Positions 20,601 to 29,208 are shown, counted from the stretch's first letter. The stretch is 64,000 nucleotides of DNA from an uncultured archaeon (GCA_964486045.1 CAZALK010000001.1:776242-840241); one strand, 5' to 3'. Program-made: numbers and translations. Notes: generated from the sequence alone by a model not told the origin.

Positions 20601-21019
20601 ACCTCACTAAGATTTTTAATTTTTAATATAACATTTTCTAATTGACCCTCGGACCAACCAGATTGAGATAATAAATTAATAGCAGATAAATATTGCTTAA
20701 TAGATTCTTCAAAAAAACCATCAGATTCTAATTTTTTAGCACCTTCTAATAAAGCGAATGCTTGGTCTTGTAATTGCTCTGCTTGAGCTCTTATCTGAGT
20801 CTGTTGGTATATTTTCTCTTGTTTCAAAGAATTTTTTAGTTCATCTATTCTGTCATAGATATCATTAACTCTATGCATTAAATATCCGCTTTGCTTTAGG
20901 AACTCTACAGCATTTTCATAGTTTGATATTGCTTGTTTTGGATTTTTCTCTTCTTCAAATTTTTGAGCAAGTTCTAAAAATTTAATAGCTTCTTTAGCTA
21001 ACTCTTCTGGATTTTGCAT
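14654..21019 (-). CDS. giant helical repeat protein (18 MIT/TPR-like units separated by E/K/Q/R-rich coiled-coil segments)
   Basis: 2121-aa ORF. The unit AF.LL..A......G.Y..AI..Y..A...L..I[GQ][WF] can be counted 18 times at roughly 116-aa spacing. No TM segment or signal peptide is visible. Confidence 0.85.
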   Translation of the reverse strand: MQNPEELAKEAIKFLELAQKFEEEKNPKQAISNYENAVEFLKQSGYLMHRVNDIYDRIDELKNSLKQEKIYQQTQIRAQAEQLQDQAFALLEGAKKLESDGFFEESIKQYLSAINLLSQSGWSEGQLENVILKIKNLSEVSKREQLTKLKQPQDLSQSEEYLKGLEDKNIEIVDMFGQKTSVDKAESIARYRSRKKQEEEKQDHAFAHIDKAKIFEKERKYDQAIMNYERAIELLNSIGWNEQTKKINVIIEKLKKDKDQFEKFQSQQKQAVTEIEGKIIVEKTKQSESELGKERLIKFEEKKKKEEAIQNDAFNLIDIGKRLEMEKNYDQAIQKFENAIELFKSIDWDSYIHPIINLIEDITKKKDREKNAVLLRQRRERDLKNLQKSISRKQQEQILESAKELDSRRSLHEEKRIGEAKKEKELFNILSNADTILRAKHYDDAISEYNEALNLIENLGPGWETYISTINNTISNVKKIKNSQFKKQYEVQQKLEEREKSELEFQIQIVNQLNKERKRIKQKEIILKDKEKELIYFQQRKKVAFEYLDSALNFIKKGEYENTIIAYQNAGNIFAEIQWKDEIAVIENSILEVEELRKNQKLIEQKQVQEAIERQREEDAFQMQIIKNLQQEREKIKKKEIELKERAEDLEYQEERRKAGFKLLEQAKEEASKGKYDESIEILQYSINFFADAQWKDEISLIQNSIIEIENKKREAALQEQIKIQADLERDKQEKNFQEQLTKELKSHQDKLKQKEIIHREREKELAYREERKKETFNLLENAQILVSQGNYDEVLENYHKVISIFTQIQWVDEIPLLTQAIQDIEKKKKERILYKQKQLRKAIKKEVKERAFVEQVKYHRERERMDAIKEFKFLEREKFISDQNLTQEQEAFKLIEAGEALLIEENYDEALKNYREAIELLNKIGWGTHYLKILNDTIGTIQERKSEKEKAHQTEFKLALNHQKEEEQFQAKIADYLKKEQEKIKSKEILLQKREITLSSIETRKSEAFGIMTNAENLLNQGKYDQSIKKYRQAELLLNEIGFPAEIIQGMIQKIQEKRRTEELNIITQLELETRKEQEELIFQQQIVEKVRIEQQKMIEKQEKLKKQEDIRLITEQKKEKAFNILEIAQSHLEKGNFNEVLKLYQNATVLFEEIEWGDEIKLIENAINVIEERKRKAELKKQRDLSEVLEQEKLEKSFQEQISKEIRIQQEDLKHKQIVLRNREKELAYREKQKEYAFKLLDDAQIFLSQTNYDKALEIYFEVTNIFAQIQWIDEIPIIQETILGIQSKKRENDLLKQRSLEKAIEDDKARFDFLEKIDQQQQREKEIAIKEVQFRERKKLTSTQNLIKQEEAFKLIEDGDRLLKDNNFDNALTKYNNSIVILTEIGWTGEYLKLFYETIDIINDRKREIEKKKEREQHLLSEQQKEEEKFQASINRNIQREKERLRKQQIEILKREDLSNLLEHQKTKAFSLMDDAEKDLIKGQYEEAIDKYRQAELFLSEIGFPSGAVKEMIYKVHDRNRENKLRKQKHLEILLQKKREEGEFQQKIREGIKISELKTKTKQIEYEKQRERHQYNEKRRNEAFNFLEVAENYLNQAQYDKALKYYYSAEIILNEIRFPTEGIREMIQKVLERKNESQLQKQKTFEFYLQKDKDEWKLQQKVTEIAKVERERLLAKKIQLEESDRRKSMMEERKQQAFKILNKAESHLKQTQYQHAIEMYRKAELILNEINFPTDSINTMVTKVKLIMKEKEKTEELKFQRELEKIQEEKDLQLLIEERQRLEREKKKAHLLVVQEREKVIQKQMNIRESAYSFLEEAGKYLKQSIPDYDKAISLYILARNILEENIGWEPEINNLNALIRDLQQEQTNYYEKKQLEEVAQIERQKEYEIFQEEVRLRRLEQEKLKREQERQYRALLLTKRRSDQTKDEGLRLIDEGKKKAAYHDFKKANDNYDQAILKFEEIGWHEEIKYIETEIKNMKVMEERVKAEEIRINEIQEQLERQRKREEDRIKTEELKLKGTIGEVRQSADEITRLIEERRLNKKLIEEQEKIKILEESKDFRIKVGELIKIKEELIHELGKREEDEAGFKEKLQKSKEREEVNNLKRLIKEAGEKKKK

Positions 21020-21208
21020 TTTAAATGAATCTATTTAATTGTAATTTGAATTAAGAAATAACAATAATTTCTCTTACTTTAATGTATCCCAACTAAGTAA
21101 TTAAACTTTTTATATGGTGATAATTATGTTAACTAAAATATAGAGTACGCTAATTGTTTTTGGAGTTACTCTTAGAAAGAATTTAAAATTATTTAAAAAA
21201 ATAAATTT

Positions 21209-23179
21209 ATGGTAAAAAACGAAATGGATTTAAAAAATAAGAATATCCTTATTGATTTTGAGCCAATTTCAAGAAGAGTTTTACTTACAAACGATATATC
21301 AATCTATGATCTTCTTTCAGAATTGAGCATCCGAATAAGATCAATATGCGGTGGTGCAGGTACATGTGGAAAATGTAGAATTTTAATCCAAAAAGGTAAA
21401 GAATATTTAATTCCTCCAGGTAAAACTGAGAAAAATTTCTTAGATCAAGGAGAATTGAAAGAAGGATGGCGTTTAGCTTGCCAATCTAAAATAGATATGA
21501 GAAAACTTCATTCCCTAGAAAAAGTTACTACACCACAATTTCGAATATTCCTACCAAATGAGTTAATCCTTGAGGAATTTAATATCCTTACTTCTGGAAT
21601 GAATAATGAGGTAAGATTATTTCCCATGGTTAAGAAATATTATCTTGAAGTAAATAGACCTTCTTTAAAGGATCCAAAAGCGGATGTTGAAAGAATTATC
21701 ACTAAACTCCTTTCAGTGGATGAGGATTTAAGGAATATAAATCAAATTAATGTCGATTTCAAATTGTTAGATGTAATACCTAAATTATTAAGGGAAAATA
21801 ATCATAAAATAACAATTGCGTTATGGAATAATAATACTATAATAGCATGTGAGCCGGGAAACACGGCTAATGACAATTATGGAGTTGCATTTGATATCGG
21901 AACCACAACAGTAGTAGGATATTTACTTAATCTAAATAGCGGCAAAATCCATGCTTTAAGTTCATGTTTAAACAGCCAGACTGCGTATGGGGAGGATCTA
22001 ATAACTCGAATAACTCTCATAAAAAATGATAAAAAGAATCTTGATGTACTAAACTCCACCATAATTTCTGATATGAATGAAATCCTCTCGAAAGTATGTA
22101 TTAATGCCAGCGTTGACTCCTCTCAAATTTACGAAGCGAGCATTGTGGGAAATTCAGTAATGCACCACATTCTTTTAGGAATAGACCCTATTAACATTGG
22201 ATTAAGCCCATTTATTCCTGTGATACAAAAAGGTTTGAATGTAAAAGCTGAAAAACTAAACATCAACATTCTTAAAAATGGAAACATTTACACTGCTCCA
22301 ATTATCTCTGGCTTTGTGGGAGCTGATACCATAGGTGTAATTTTATCTTCAAAAATATACGAAAAAAAAGACCTAACTCTAATTATTGATATTGGAACTA
22401 ATGGGGAGATCATTATTGGGAACCGTAAAATTTTAGCAGTTGGATCATGCGCTGCAGGTTCAGCATTAGAAGGTGCTCATATAAGTAGTGGTATGAGAGC
22501 AGCTGCAGGTGCAATTGACACTTTAAAAATAATACCCGAAACTTTTGAAGTTAATTTTTCAACAATAAAAAAGAGAAAACCATTGGGAATTTGTGGATCT
22601 GGGTTGGTTGATGCTGTATCCGAAATGTTACGATCAAAAATTCTTACTCGGAGTGGTAATTTTAATAAAGAATTCCTTAATCATGAGAGAATTAATAAAA
22701 CAGAAAAAAAAACTGAATTTATTATAGTTAAAAAAAATGAAACTTCTCTCGGTAAAAACATAACTATCACTCAAAAGGATATAAGACAAATTCAAATGGC
22801 AAAAGCAGCATTTTATTCTGGAATGAGGCTAATTTTAAAACATTTGGGTGAAAAATTAGTACTAAAACAAGTATATTTAGCAGGAGCTTTTGGAAATTAT
22901 ATTAACAAGGGAAATGCCAAATTTATTGGAATGATACCTGATATTCCGGATAATAAAATATACCAGATAGGCAACGCAGCTGGAATTGGTGCTCAACATT
23001 GTTTGTTAAACAAGACTTTAAGAGTTAAAGCTAAAAATTTACTAAAGGAAATTCAATATATCGAAATTGCTGTAAAGGAAGATTTTCAAAAAGAATTCGC
23101 CGAAGCTATGTATTTTCCTCACTTGAATCTAGATTTATTTTCCAGCTTGAAAGAGTATGAAGAAATCCCAAAAAGATAA
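21209..23179 (+). CDS. RACo/ASKHA-type reductive activator of corrinoid proteins with N-terminal [2Fe-2S] domain
   Basis: CGGAGTCGKC...RLAC, FDIGTTTV, YGEDLITRI, GFVGAD, DIGTNGE, GICGSG, LAGAFG, GNAAG. Confidence 0.92.
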   Translation: MVKNEMDLKNKNILIDFEPISRRVLLTNDISIYDLLSELSIRIRSICGGAGTCGKCRILIQKGKEYLIPPGKTEKNFLDQGELKEGWRLACQSKIDMRKLHSLEKVTTPQFRIFLPNELILEEFNILTSGMNNEVRLFPMVKKYYLEVNRPSLKDPKADVERIITKLLSVDEDLRNINQINVDFKLLDVIPKLLRENNHKITIALWNNNTIIACEPGNTANDNYGVAFDIGTTTVVGYLLNLNSGKIHALSSCLNSQTAYGEDLITRITLIKNDKKNLDVLNSTIISDMNEILSKVCINASVDSSQIYEASIVGNSVMHHILLGIDPINIGLSPFIPVIQKGLNVKAEKLNINILKNGNIYTAPIISGFVGADTIGVILSSKIYEKKDLTLIIDIGTNGEIIIGNRKILAVGSCAAGSALEGAHISSGMRAAAGAIDTLKIIPETFEVNFSTIKKRKPLGICGSGLVDAVSEMLRSKILTRSGNFNKEFLNHERINKTEKKTEFIIVKKNETSLGKNITITQKDIRQIQMAKAAFYSGMRLILKHLGEKLVLKQVYLAGAFGNYINKGNAKFIGMIPDIPDNKIYQIGNAAGIGAQHCLLNKTLRVKAKNLLKEIQYIEIAVKEDFQKEFAEAMYFPHLNLDLFSSLKEYEEIPKR

Positions 23180-23441
23180 AATAATGCCTAAAAAATAGCA
23201 TTGCCTTAATTGTATTATTATTATCTCTGAATCACAATATTGTATAAATTAGAATTAGAATGACTAAAATTGTGTTTAAGTTTTTGTGAATATATTTATA
23301 TTTTGAACATATTAAATCTATAATTTAATTTGTATTAATAAATTAAATAAACTATTAAATATCATAATTTTAATATTAATTTATATAAAAAACAAAATAA
23401 TTAATAATAAAAATCAAAAAAGGCGACGTGAGTAGACCTTA

Positions 23442-23966
23442 ATGTCAAGTTTTAAACTGAAAGTATTACTTACTGGCGCGGCTGCCGTCGGTAAGACAAG
23501 TCTGGTTCAAAGATTCATCAAAAAAAGATTCCAAGCTAATTACAAATTAACAGTCGGAGTTGACATTTTGACTAAGGATGTAGAATTCAGACCTGGGGAA
23601 ATAGCAACTTTAAGTATTTGGGATATAGGAGGTCAACAACGTTTCGAATTTATACGGAGCACTTTCTATAAAGGAGCTGCAGGAGCATTATTAGTTTTTG
23701 ATTTAACCCGAGAACAAACATATACAGAAACAAGGAAATGGCTCACTGAGATAAAACAATTCGCTGGAGAGTCAATCCCGTTTGTTTTAATTGGAAACAA
23801 AGTGGATTTAGTCGAAGATGTAGGAGAAGTAATAGATAGGGATGAAGTTCGTGCATTTGCAGAAAATGAAGGTAGTATATATATTGAAACATCTGCTAAA
23901 ACGGGAATTAATGTTGATGAAGCTTTCACTGAGCTTACAAGTCGAATTATTGATTTCAGAACATAG
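23442..23966 (+). CDS. Rab-like small GTPase (no C-terminal prenylation motif)
   Basis: G1 GAAAVGKTS, G2 TVGVD, G3 WDIGGQ, FYKGA, LVFDLT, G4 NKVD, G5 ETSAK. Confidence 0.95.
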   Translation: MSSFKLKVLLTGAAAVGKTSLVQRFIKKRFQANYKLTVGVDILTKDVEFRPGEIATLSIWDIGGQQRFEFIRSTFYKGAAGALLVFDLTREQTYTETRKWLTEIKQFAGESIPFVLIGNKVDLVEDVGEVIDRDEVRAFAENEGSIYIETSAKTGINVDEAFTELTSRIIDFRT

Positions 23967-24047
23967 AACCTGTTTTTAAATTCGATTCTCAGAACTAATA
24001 CGCTTAATATCTTATATTTTATTATGTGAAATATTATTTAAATTGGT

Positions 24048-25457
24048 TTAGGATGGAAAATCCTCATATAAATCATTATGAATAACATTTATTGCGTCAA
24101 TTAGTTTTTCTCTCTCAATCACTAATGATAAATTTAACTCATCATAACTTTGAGAAATTGCTTTAACTTTTACATTTTTTTTATCCAATGCACTGAAAAT
24201 TTCTGCCTTTGTTTTAGTTTCAAGGATTTTTAAACCTGTGATATTAATTACGGCAACATCTTCCCATTTAATTTCAAAAAATTCTGAAAAGAACTTTGAG
24301 TTGTTTAATGCTTCTAATGCTTTCTTTGAATCTTCCGCATTGACAATAAATGAAGTGCTTATTTCAGATGAGCTTTGTGCTACTAACGATACACTTATTT
24401 TATTCTTACTCATAGCTTTAAAAATTTTTGCTAAAACTCCAGGGACGTCTACTAAACTGCCAGATATTACATTTATAATCGTTGCAAATTCCACAGCTGA
24501 GATCCCTTTTATTTGTTCCTTATCTGAGTGATCTGAAATTTCTGTAAAATTATCATCTAATGGTTTATTAAAATTTCTAATTTCTAGAGGAATTTTATAC
24601 TTTTCTATCGCTTCTAAACATTTAGGGTGAAGGATCTTTGCCCCAAAGTTAGCAATGTGCTTTGCTTCATCATAATCCAAATTTTTAATAAGGAATGATT
24701 CGGGAACATATTTTGGATTTATAGCCAATAATCCGTCAACATCTTTCCATAAAATAACTTTAATATTTTTATCGTTTCCGATACTGTAAAGAGAATGGGC
24801 GAGGATTGTGGCTGTATAATCTGAGCCCCCTCTTCCTAAGGTTGTAATATAACCAATTTTATTTCTACCAATAAATCCTGTTAAACACATTACTACATCC
24901 TTTTTTGGGTTTTCTAAAAGAGGAAGTAACAGTTTTTGAATCCGAGAATTTGTTAAATCATATAGAGGATATGCATTATTAAATTCATCATTAGTTATGA
25001 TAATTTTATTTGCAGGAATATAAACAGAATCCAAACTACAACTTAAAAGATATTGGTTTAAAATAAATGTCGAAAGAATTTCCCCAAAGCTAAGAACATA
25101 ATCTCTATAATAAGGTTCTAATCCAAATTCTTTTATATCCGCAAACGCATCATCTAATTCACTAAGTTTGATATCAACCCAATCTTTTGCTCTAATATAA
25201 TGTTCAGAATCCTCTTCAAATATTTGTTCGATTATATCCAAATGTTTTTTTTCAATCAAGGATATATTCTGATCAGTTACTTTTACATCTTCTAGTCCCT
25301 GAGCAGTTTTTAAAAGTAAATCTGTTATTCCCTTTAATGCTGAAACAACAAAGATTTTTTTTACATCTTTATAGACGTTTGTAATTGACAAAATTTTTTT
25401 GAATGCTGTTTTATCTGTGAAACAAGAACCTCCGAATTTCATAACAATTATTGGCAT
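24048..25457 (-). CDS. lysC: aspartate kinase with two ACT domains
   Basis: VMKFGGS, VVSA, SFGEILS, TTLGRGGSDYTA, DVDG, GAKILHP, two C-terminal ACT repeats. Confidence 0.93.
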   Translation of the reverse strand: MPIIVMKFGGSCFTDKTAFKKILSITNVYKDVKKIFVVSALKGITDLLLKTAQGLEDVKVTDQNISLIEKKHLDIIEQIFEEDSEHYIRAKDWVDIKLSELDDAFADIKEFGLEPYYRDYVLSFGEILSTFILNQYLLSCSLDSVYIPANKIIITNDEFNNAYPLYDLTNSRIQKLLLPLLENPKKDVVMCLTGFIGRNKIGYITTLGRGGSDYTATILAHSLYSIGNDKNIKVILWKDVDGLLAINPKYVPESFLIKNLDYDEAKHIANFGAKILHPKCLEAIEKYKIPLEIRNFNKPLDDNFTEISDHSDKEQIKGISAVEFATIINVISGSLVDVPGVLAKIFKAMSKNKISVSLVAQSSSEISTSFIVNAEDSKKALEALNNSKFFSEFFEIKWEDVAVINITGLKILETKTKAEIFSALDKKNVKVKAISQSYDELNLSLVIEREKLIDAINVIHNDLYEDFPS

Positions 25458-25569
25458 AAGTTTTAAACACCTTTTTGTAATTTTTAATTCTTGTAAATTT
25501 ATATTTTTTCAGCAAAAGTTAATAAATTTTAAAGAAAAAGTAAAATTTCAGACCCGATTCTCAAATAAT

Positions 25570-26442
25570 GTGATTGACTTTCATTTGCATTCAACTAGTT
25601 CTGATGGTTTAGACACACCCTCCCAATTAATAGACAAAGCAATTGAACTTAAATTAAAGGCAATAGCTCTAACCGATCATGATACTATTATTGGATTGGA
25701 AGAATTTTTATCTTATGGAGAGGAAAAAGAATTAATTGCAATACCCGGCTTAGAAATTTCGATTCGACATGAAATTGAGAGAGAATTGATAGATGTTCAT
25801 GTTATTGGATTAAATATAGACTACAAATCCCCACAGCTAATAAAAACAATTGATGATCAAATTAAAGGTCGAATAGAGCAGAAAAAAGCCATCTGTAAGC
25901 GTTTGAGAAATGAGTTAGAATTTGATATCACGTTCGAAGAAGTTAAGAATAACGCAGGTGGAATGATAGTTGGTCGACCTCACATTGTAGAAATCATGAT
26001 TAAAAATAATCCACAATTAATCAAAGGAAAATCTAAGAATGATCTGTTCAAGATGGTTAGTCTTGGCGGTATTGCATATGTTGATCGAGAAGTTGAACTC
26101 AACTTTGAGGAATCAATTGATTTGATTAAAGCCGCTGGAGGTATTCCAATTCTTGCACACCCTGGAATTTATGAAGTGTCAGATCGTGCAAATTTTATTG
26201 AATTTTGTGTTAACACAGGGATTGAAGGAATTGAAGTTGAGTATATATATTCAAAGAACAGACCATATTATGAAACAGATAAAGCCGAATGGGCTCAGGA
26301 GTTTTTCCCAAACTTCTATCGAAAAATCGCTGAAAAATATAATATATTAATGTCTGGTGGTTCAGACTATCATGGAGGGAAAAAAGGGATAAGAATGGGA
26401 GAAGCAAATGTCCCAAATGAATATTTAACAGGGATAATTTAG
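25570..26442 (+). CDS. PHP-domain metallophosphoesterase (TrpH/YciV-like)
   Basis: DFHLHSTSSDG, ALTDHDT, GRPH, LAHP, GGSDYHG. The start is moved to the GTG at 25570, which removes the overlap with lysC. Confidence 0.9.
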   Translation: MIDFHLHSTSSDGLDTPSQLIDKAIELKLKAIALTDHDTIIGLEEFLSYGEEKELIAIPGLEISIRHEIERELIDVHVIGLNIDYKSPQLIKTIDDQIKGRIEQKKAICKRLRNELEFDITFEEVKNNAGGMIVGRPHIVEIMIKNNPQLIKGKSKNDLFKMVSLGGIAYVDREVELNFEESIDLIKAAGGIPILAHPGIYEVSDRANFIEFCVNTGIEGIEVEYIYSKNRPYYETDKAEWAQEFFPNFYRKIAEKYNILMSGGSDYHGGKKGIRMGEANVPNEYLTGII

Positions 26443-26458
26443 GTTAAAGTTGGTGGTC

Positions 26459-28426
26459 TTATTTCTCTAAAAGTTTTTGTAATTCTTGGATTTGAATCTC
26501 AATTTTTTCTTCATATTCAATAATTTTTTTCTTTTTTTCTTCAAGTTCTTCCGCAGAAATTTCTCCCATTAGTTCTTTCATATCAAAGTCTAATTTCATT
26601 TTATATAAGTCTGCCTTCTTTAATTTTAGATCAATAAGGGTTTTTTTTGCATGTTCGGCTTGTTTTTTGTCAATAACAAGTGGTGTTTCCTCTGATTCTA
26701 TGAGTTCTTTTGAGAGTCCTTCTAAATCTTTGGATTCTTTTGGTATTTTTTCTGATTCTATGGATTCATGTTTTTCAATAGATTCTTTTATTTTTGAGGC
26801 TATGGGTGGTTGGGGTGGAGTACTTTGGCTGTTTTTTTCAAAGAGTTCGGAAGGTCGAGATGGTGATCTTACTTTTAATGATTTATCACTAACTTTACTT
26901 TCATCCGGTTTTTTTGGTTGATCTAATTCCATTTTACCTATTTGATTAGGTTCATTCTTAACATGACCGTAAGATGATGTTTTAAGTTTTGATTTAGCAC
27001 CTTTAGGGACTACTCCTATAGTTTTTGGTCTGATTTTTACCATATAATCTTCAGGATTTAATTTTAATCCTACTTTTACAACATCAGCTTTGAGGTTCTT
27101 CTCGATTATTTTATCTTGTAATCTTTTACTAGATTTTATCCATTGTCTAGAAGTATCTTGCTTTATATTTGGTGATACTGGTACCTTATCCTCTATATCT
27201 TTTTTTTGCGTTGATGTTGATGGTGGTAGTTTGGGTGCTGGAGGTAAAGCTACTTCTAAGGTTTCATTTTGGATTGAAGGTTTGGGTTTGCTAACATTTT
27301 CCGATATTTCTTCTTTTTGTGATTCTATATATTTTTCAGAATTATCGGATTCTATTGGATGCGCAGGAGTTGGCTGGGGTGCTCCAACTTGTTCTAACAT
27401 TATCTTGATTTTTTGGGATTTCTCATAAAATTCTTTCCCTAATGAATCATCTCCTAAATCTAAACATAGATAGCTAATTTTATCAAATAAAAAAGCAGCT
27501 TTTTCAAAATTTGCACTTTTTAATGACTTTGTAGCTTCTTCGATTAACTGATCTCTTTCTAATAGTGGTTTTAATAAGGGAGAGATTTCAGCACTCATTT
27601 CTAAAATATCGGCAATAATTTGAATCATTTTGTCTCGATTTTCTGGTTTCTTCGCAATCATAGAGTATGATTTTAAACCTAGAATTCTTTCTATATTAGC
27701 GGGATTTTCTGCTCCACCTAAATCTTGTTTATTTCCAATTACTGCTATGTGGGCATGAGGTGCTTGGTCTTTTATCAGTTCCAAAAAAAATTTGCTTTTT
27801 TCAACATTTACTAAAGTAGAATCCGTAATCAAAAGTACGGCATCACTTCCTTTAATGAAATTACTCCAAAGATAGCTAAATTGTTCTTGTCCAGCAAAAT
27901 CCCATAGATGAAAGTGTAATTTCCCAATTCTAACAGTAGCGATATCACCTGTAATTGTAGGTATATGTTGTATGGGTATCTCTTCCGCTCTTATTAATCG
28001 AGTTATTGTTGTTTTCCCCACTCCTGAAAATCCAACTAACGATATCTTTGGACGGAGGTTTTTATGGTTTACATCTACTATGGGATCAAAAACTTCAAAA
28101 GTTTTTGCATCAAAGCGATGTTGTAAGATTTCTTCAAATAAATCAACAAATTCCCTTCTACATTTTACTAATTCCTTTTTTATGTTCTCAAATTTATCTG
28201 TTAAGCCAGTAACAAATAAAAACACCAAGCCCAGGCTCTTTTTCGTTATATATGATACTCTAAACTTATAGTAATCATGAAATTCAACAGTATCTTCTTC
28301 ATTGAATGATTCGTCGTCCAATATTTCTGTAACAAGATAATTTAAAGCTTCATGTTTAAGTGCTTTGCCAAAATGTCTATAATATAAAAGTTCGTCTCCT
28401 TTATATATGAAAACTTGTCTTAATAT
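26459..28426 (-). CDS. longin-like domain + Arf-like small GTPase + helical bundle + Pro/Lys-rich linker + coiled-coil fusion protein
   Basis: G1 GFSGVGKTT, HIPTI, WDFAGQ, NKQD. The frame extends 35 codons upstream of the TTG at 28321 to an ATA at 28426 (ILRQVFIYKGDELLYYRHFG), which completes a longin-like N-terminus. Confidence 0.8.
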   Translation of the reverse strand: MLRQVFIYKGDELLYYRHFGKALKHEALNYLVTEILDDESFNEEDTVEFHDYYKFRVSYITKKSLGLVFLFVTGLTDKFENIKKELVKCRREFVDLFEEILQHRFDAKTFEVFDPIVDVNHKNLRPKISLVGFSGVGKTTITRLIRAEEIPIQHIPTITGDIATVRIGKLHFHLWDFAGQEQFSYLWSNFIKGSDAVLLITDSTLVNVEKSKFFLELIKDQAPHAHIAVIGNKQDLGGAENPANIERILGLKSYSMIAKKPENRDKMIQIIADILEMSAEISPLLKPLLERDQLIEEATKSLKSANFEKAAFLFDKISYLCLDLGDDSLGKEFYEKSQKIKIMLEQVGAPQPTPAHPIESDNSEKYIESQKEEISENVSKPKPSIQNETLEVALPPAPKLPPSTSTQKKDIEDKVPVSPNIKQDTSRQWIKSSKRLQDKIIEKNLKADVVKVGLKLNPEDYMVKIRPKTIGVVPKGAKSKLKTSSYGHVKNEPNQIGKMELDQPKKPDESKVSDKSLKVRSPSRPSELFEKNSQSTPPQPPIASKIKESIEKHESIESEKIPKESKDLEGLSKELIESEETPLVIDKKQAEHAKKTLIDLKLKKADLYKMKLDFDMKELMGEISAEELEEKKKKIIEYEEKIEIQIQELQKLLEK

Positions 28427-28466
28427 GATGTTTCACCAACAAAATTTAAATTAAATTCTACTGAGA

Positions 28467-28958
28467 TTACCTCGAGATGTGTCTTACTAGATCTTTAATT
28501 ATAGAATATTTCCCCTTTTTTATTTCTTCTTGTTTCAGAGTATCCCCGATTCTTGTTAATTCTTTAGAAAAATCAAACACAGAAAATTCTTTTATCTCTT
28601 CCGTTTTTGAACTCTCACTTAATTTCTTCAAAAATAAACTAATACTAGGCATAAATTTTGCTAAATTAACATTCAAATCTAATTTTGATATTAAAATCAA
28701 TTTTTTTGTGAACGAAAATAGATAATGATGTTCCTGAGCTTCTAGAGCAAATGAATTTATCTTTTTTAAATTTAACTCACTAGCGATTTGTTTTGAGTTT
28801 GAAATTAGTGAGAGTAACCCTTGAGGAATAATTTTTCCTTCAGAAAATTCTTTAATCTTCGATCCTAATATTATTCCGTACTTATTTGATATAGCACACT
28901 CCGCATTTAGATCAGATTTTAATTGCGCAATGATATCCTCGTAATTAATATTACTCAT
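28467..28958 (-). CDS. Roadblock/LC7 (MglB/LAMTOR-like) domain protein
   Basis: Helix followed by CAISNKYGIILGS, a helix ending ELNL, and three short strands (SFALEA, YLFSF, LILISK), which is the roadblock topology. It lies directly upstream of the GTPase gene. Confidence 0.6.
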   Translation of the reverse strand: MSNINYEDIIAQLKSDLNAECAISNKYGIILGSKIKEFSEGKIIPQGLLSLISNSKQIASELNLKKINSFALEAQEHHYLFSFTKKLILISKLDLNVNLAKFMPSISLFLKKLSESSKTEEIKEFSVFDFSKELTRIGDTLKQEEIKKGKYSIIKDLVRHISR

Positions 28959-29208
28959 AATTTGGAAATATTGTTTTTAAACACATAATGGAAACCTATT
29001 TATTTATATTTATTTTGTTAATAAACTCATTATTAGTCTTATCTCATTGAAGATCCTTAAAACCAAATTTGTGGTTAAATTAGTGCCTTCATAGGAAAAA
29101 ATGAGATAGAATTAAGCCTTGACTTTTTAGTATAAAAAAAGATTGCCCAATTGGTTTAAATTTGTGTATTCTAAGCACTCTAAACAAAGTTGAATCAATT
29201 AGTAACTC

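Noticed and set aside
25399-25569. N-terminal extension of the PHP ORF overlapping lysC
   Set aside because: The extension is antisense or intergenic sequence, and the PHP motif starts right after the GTG at 25570.
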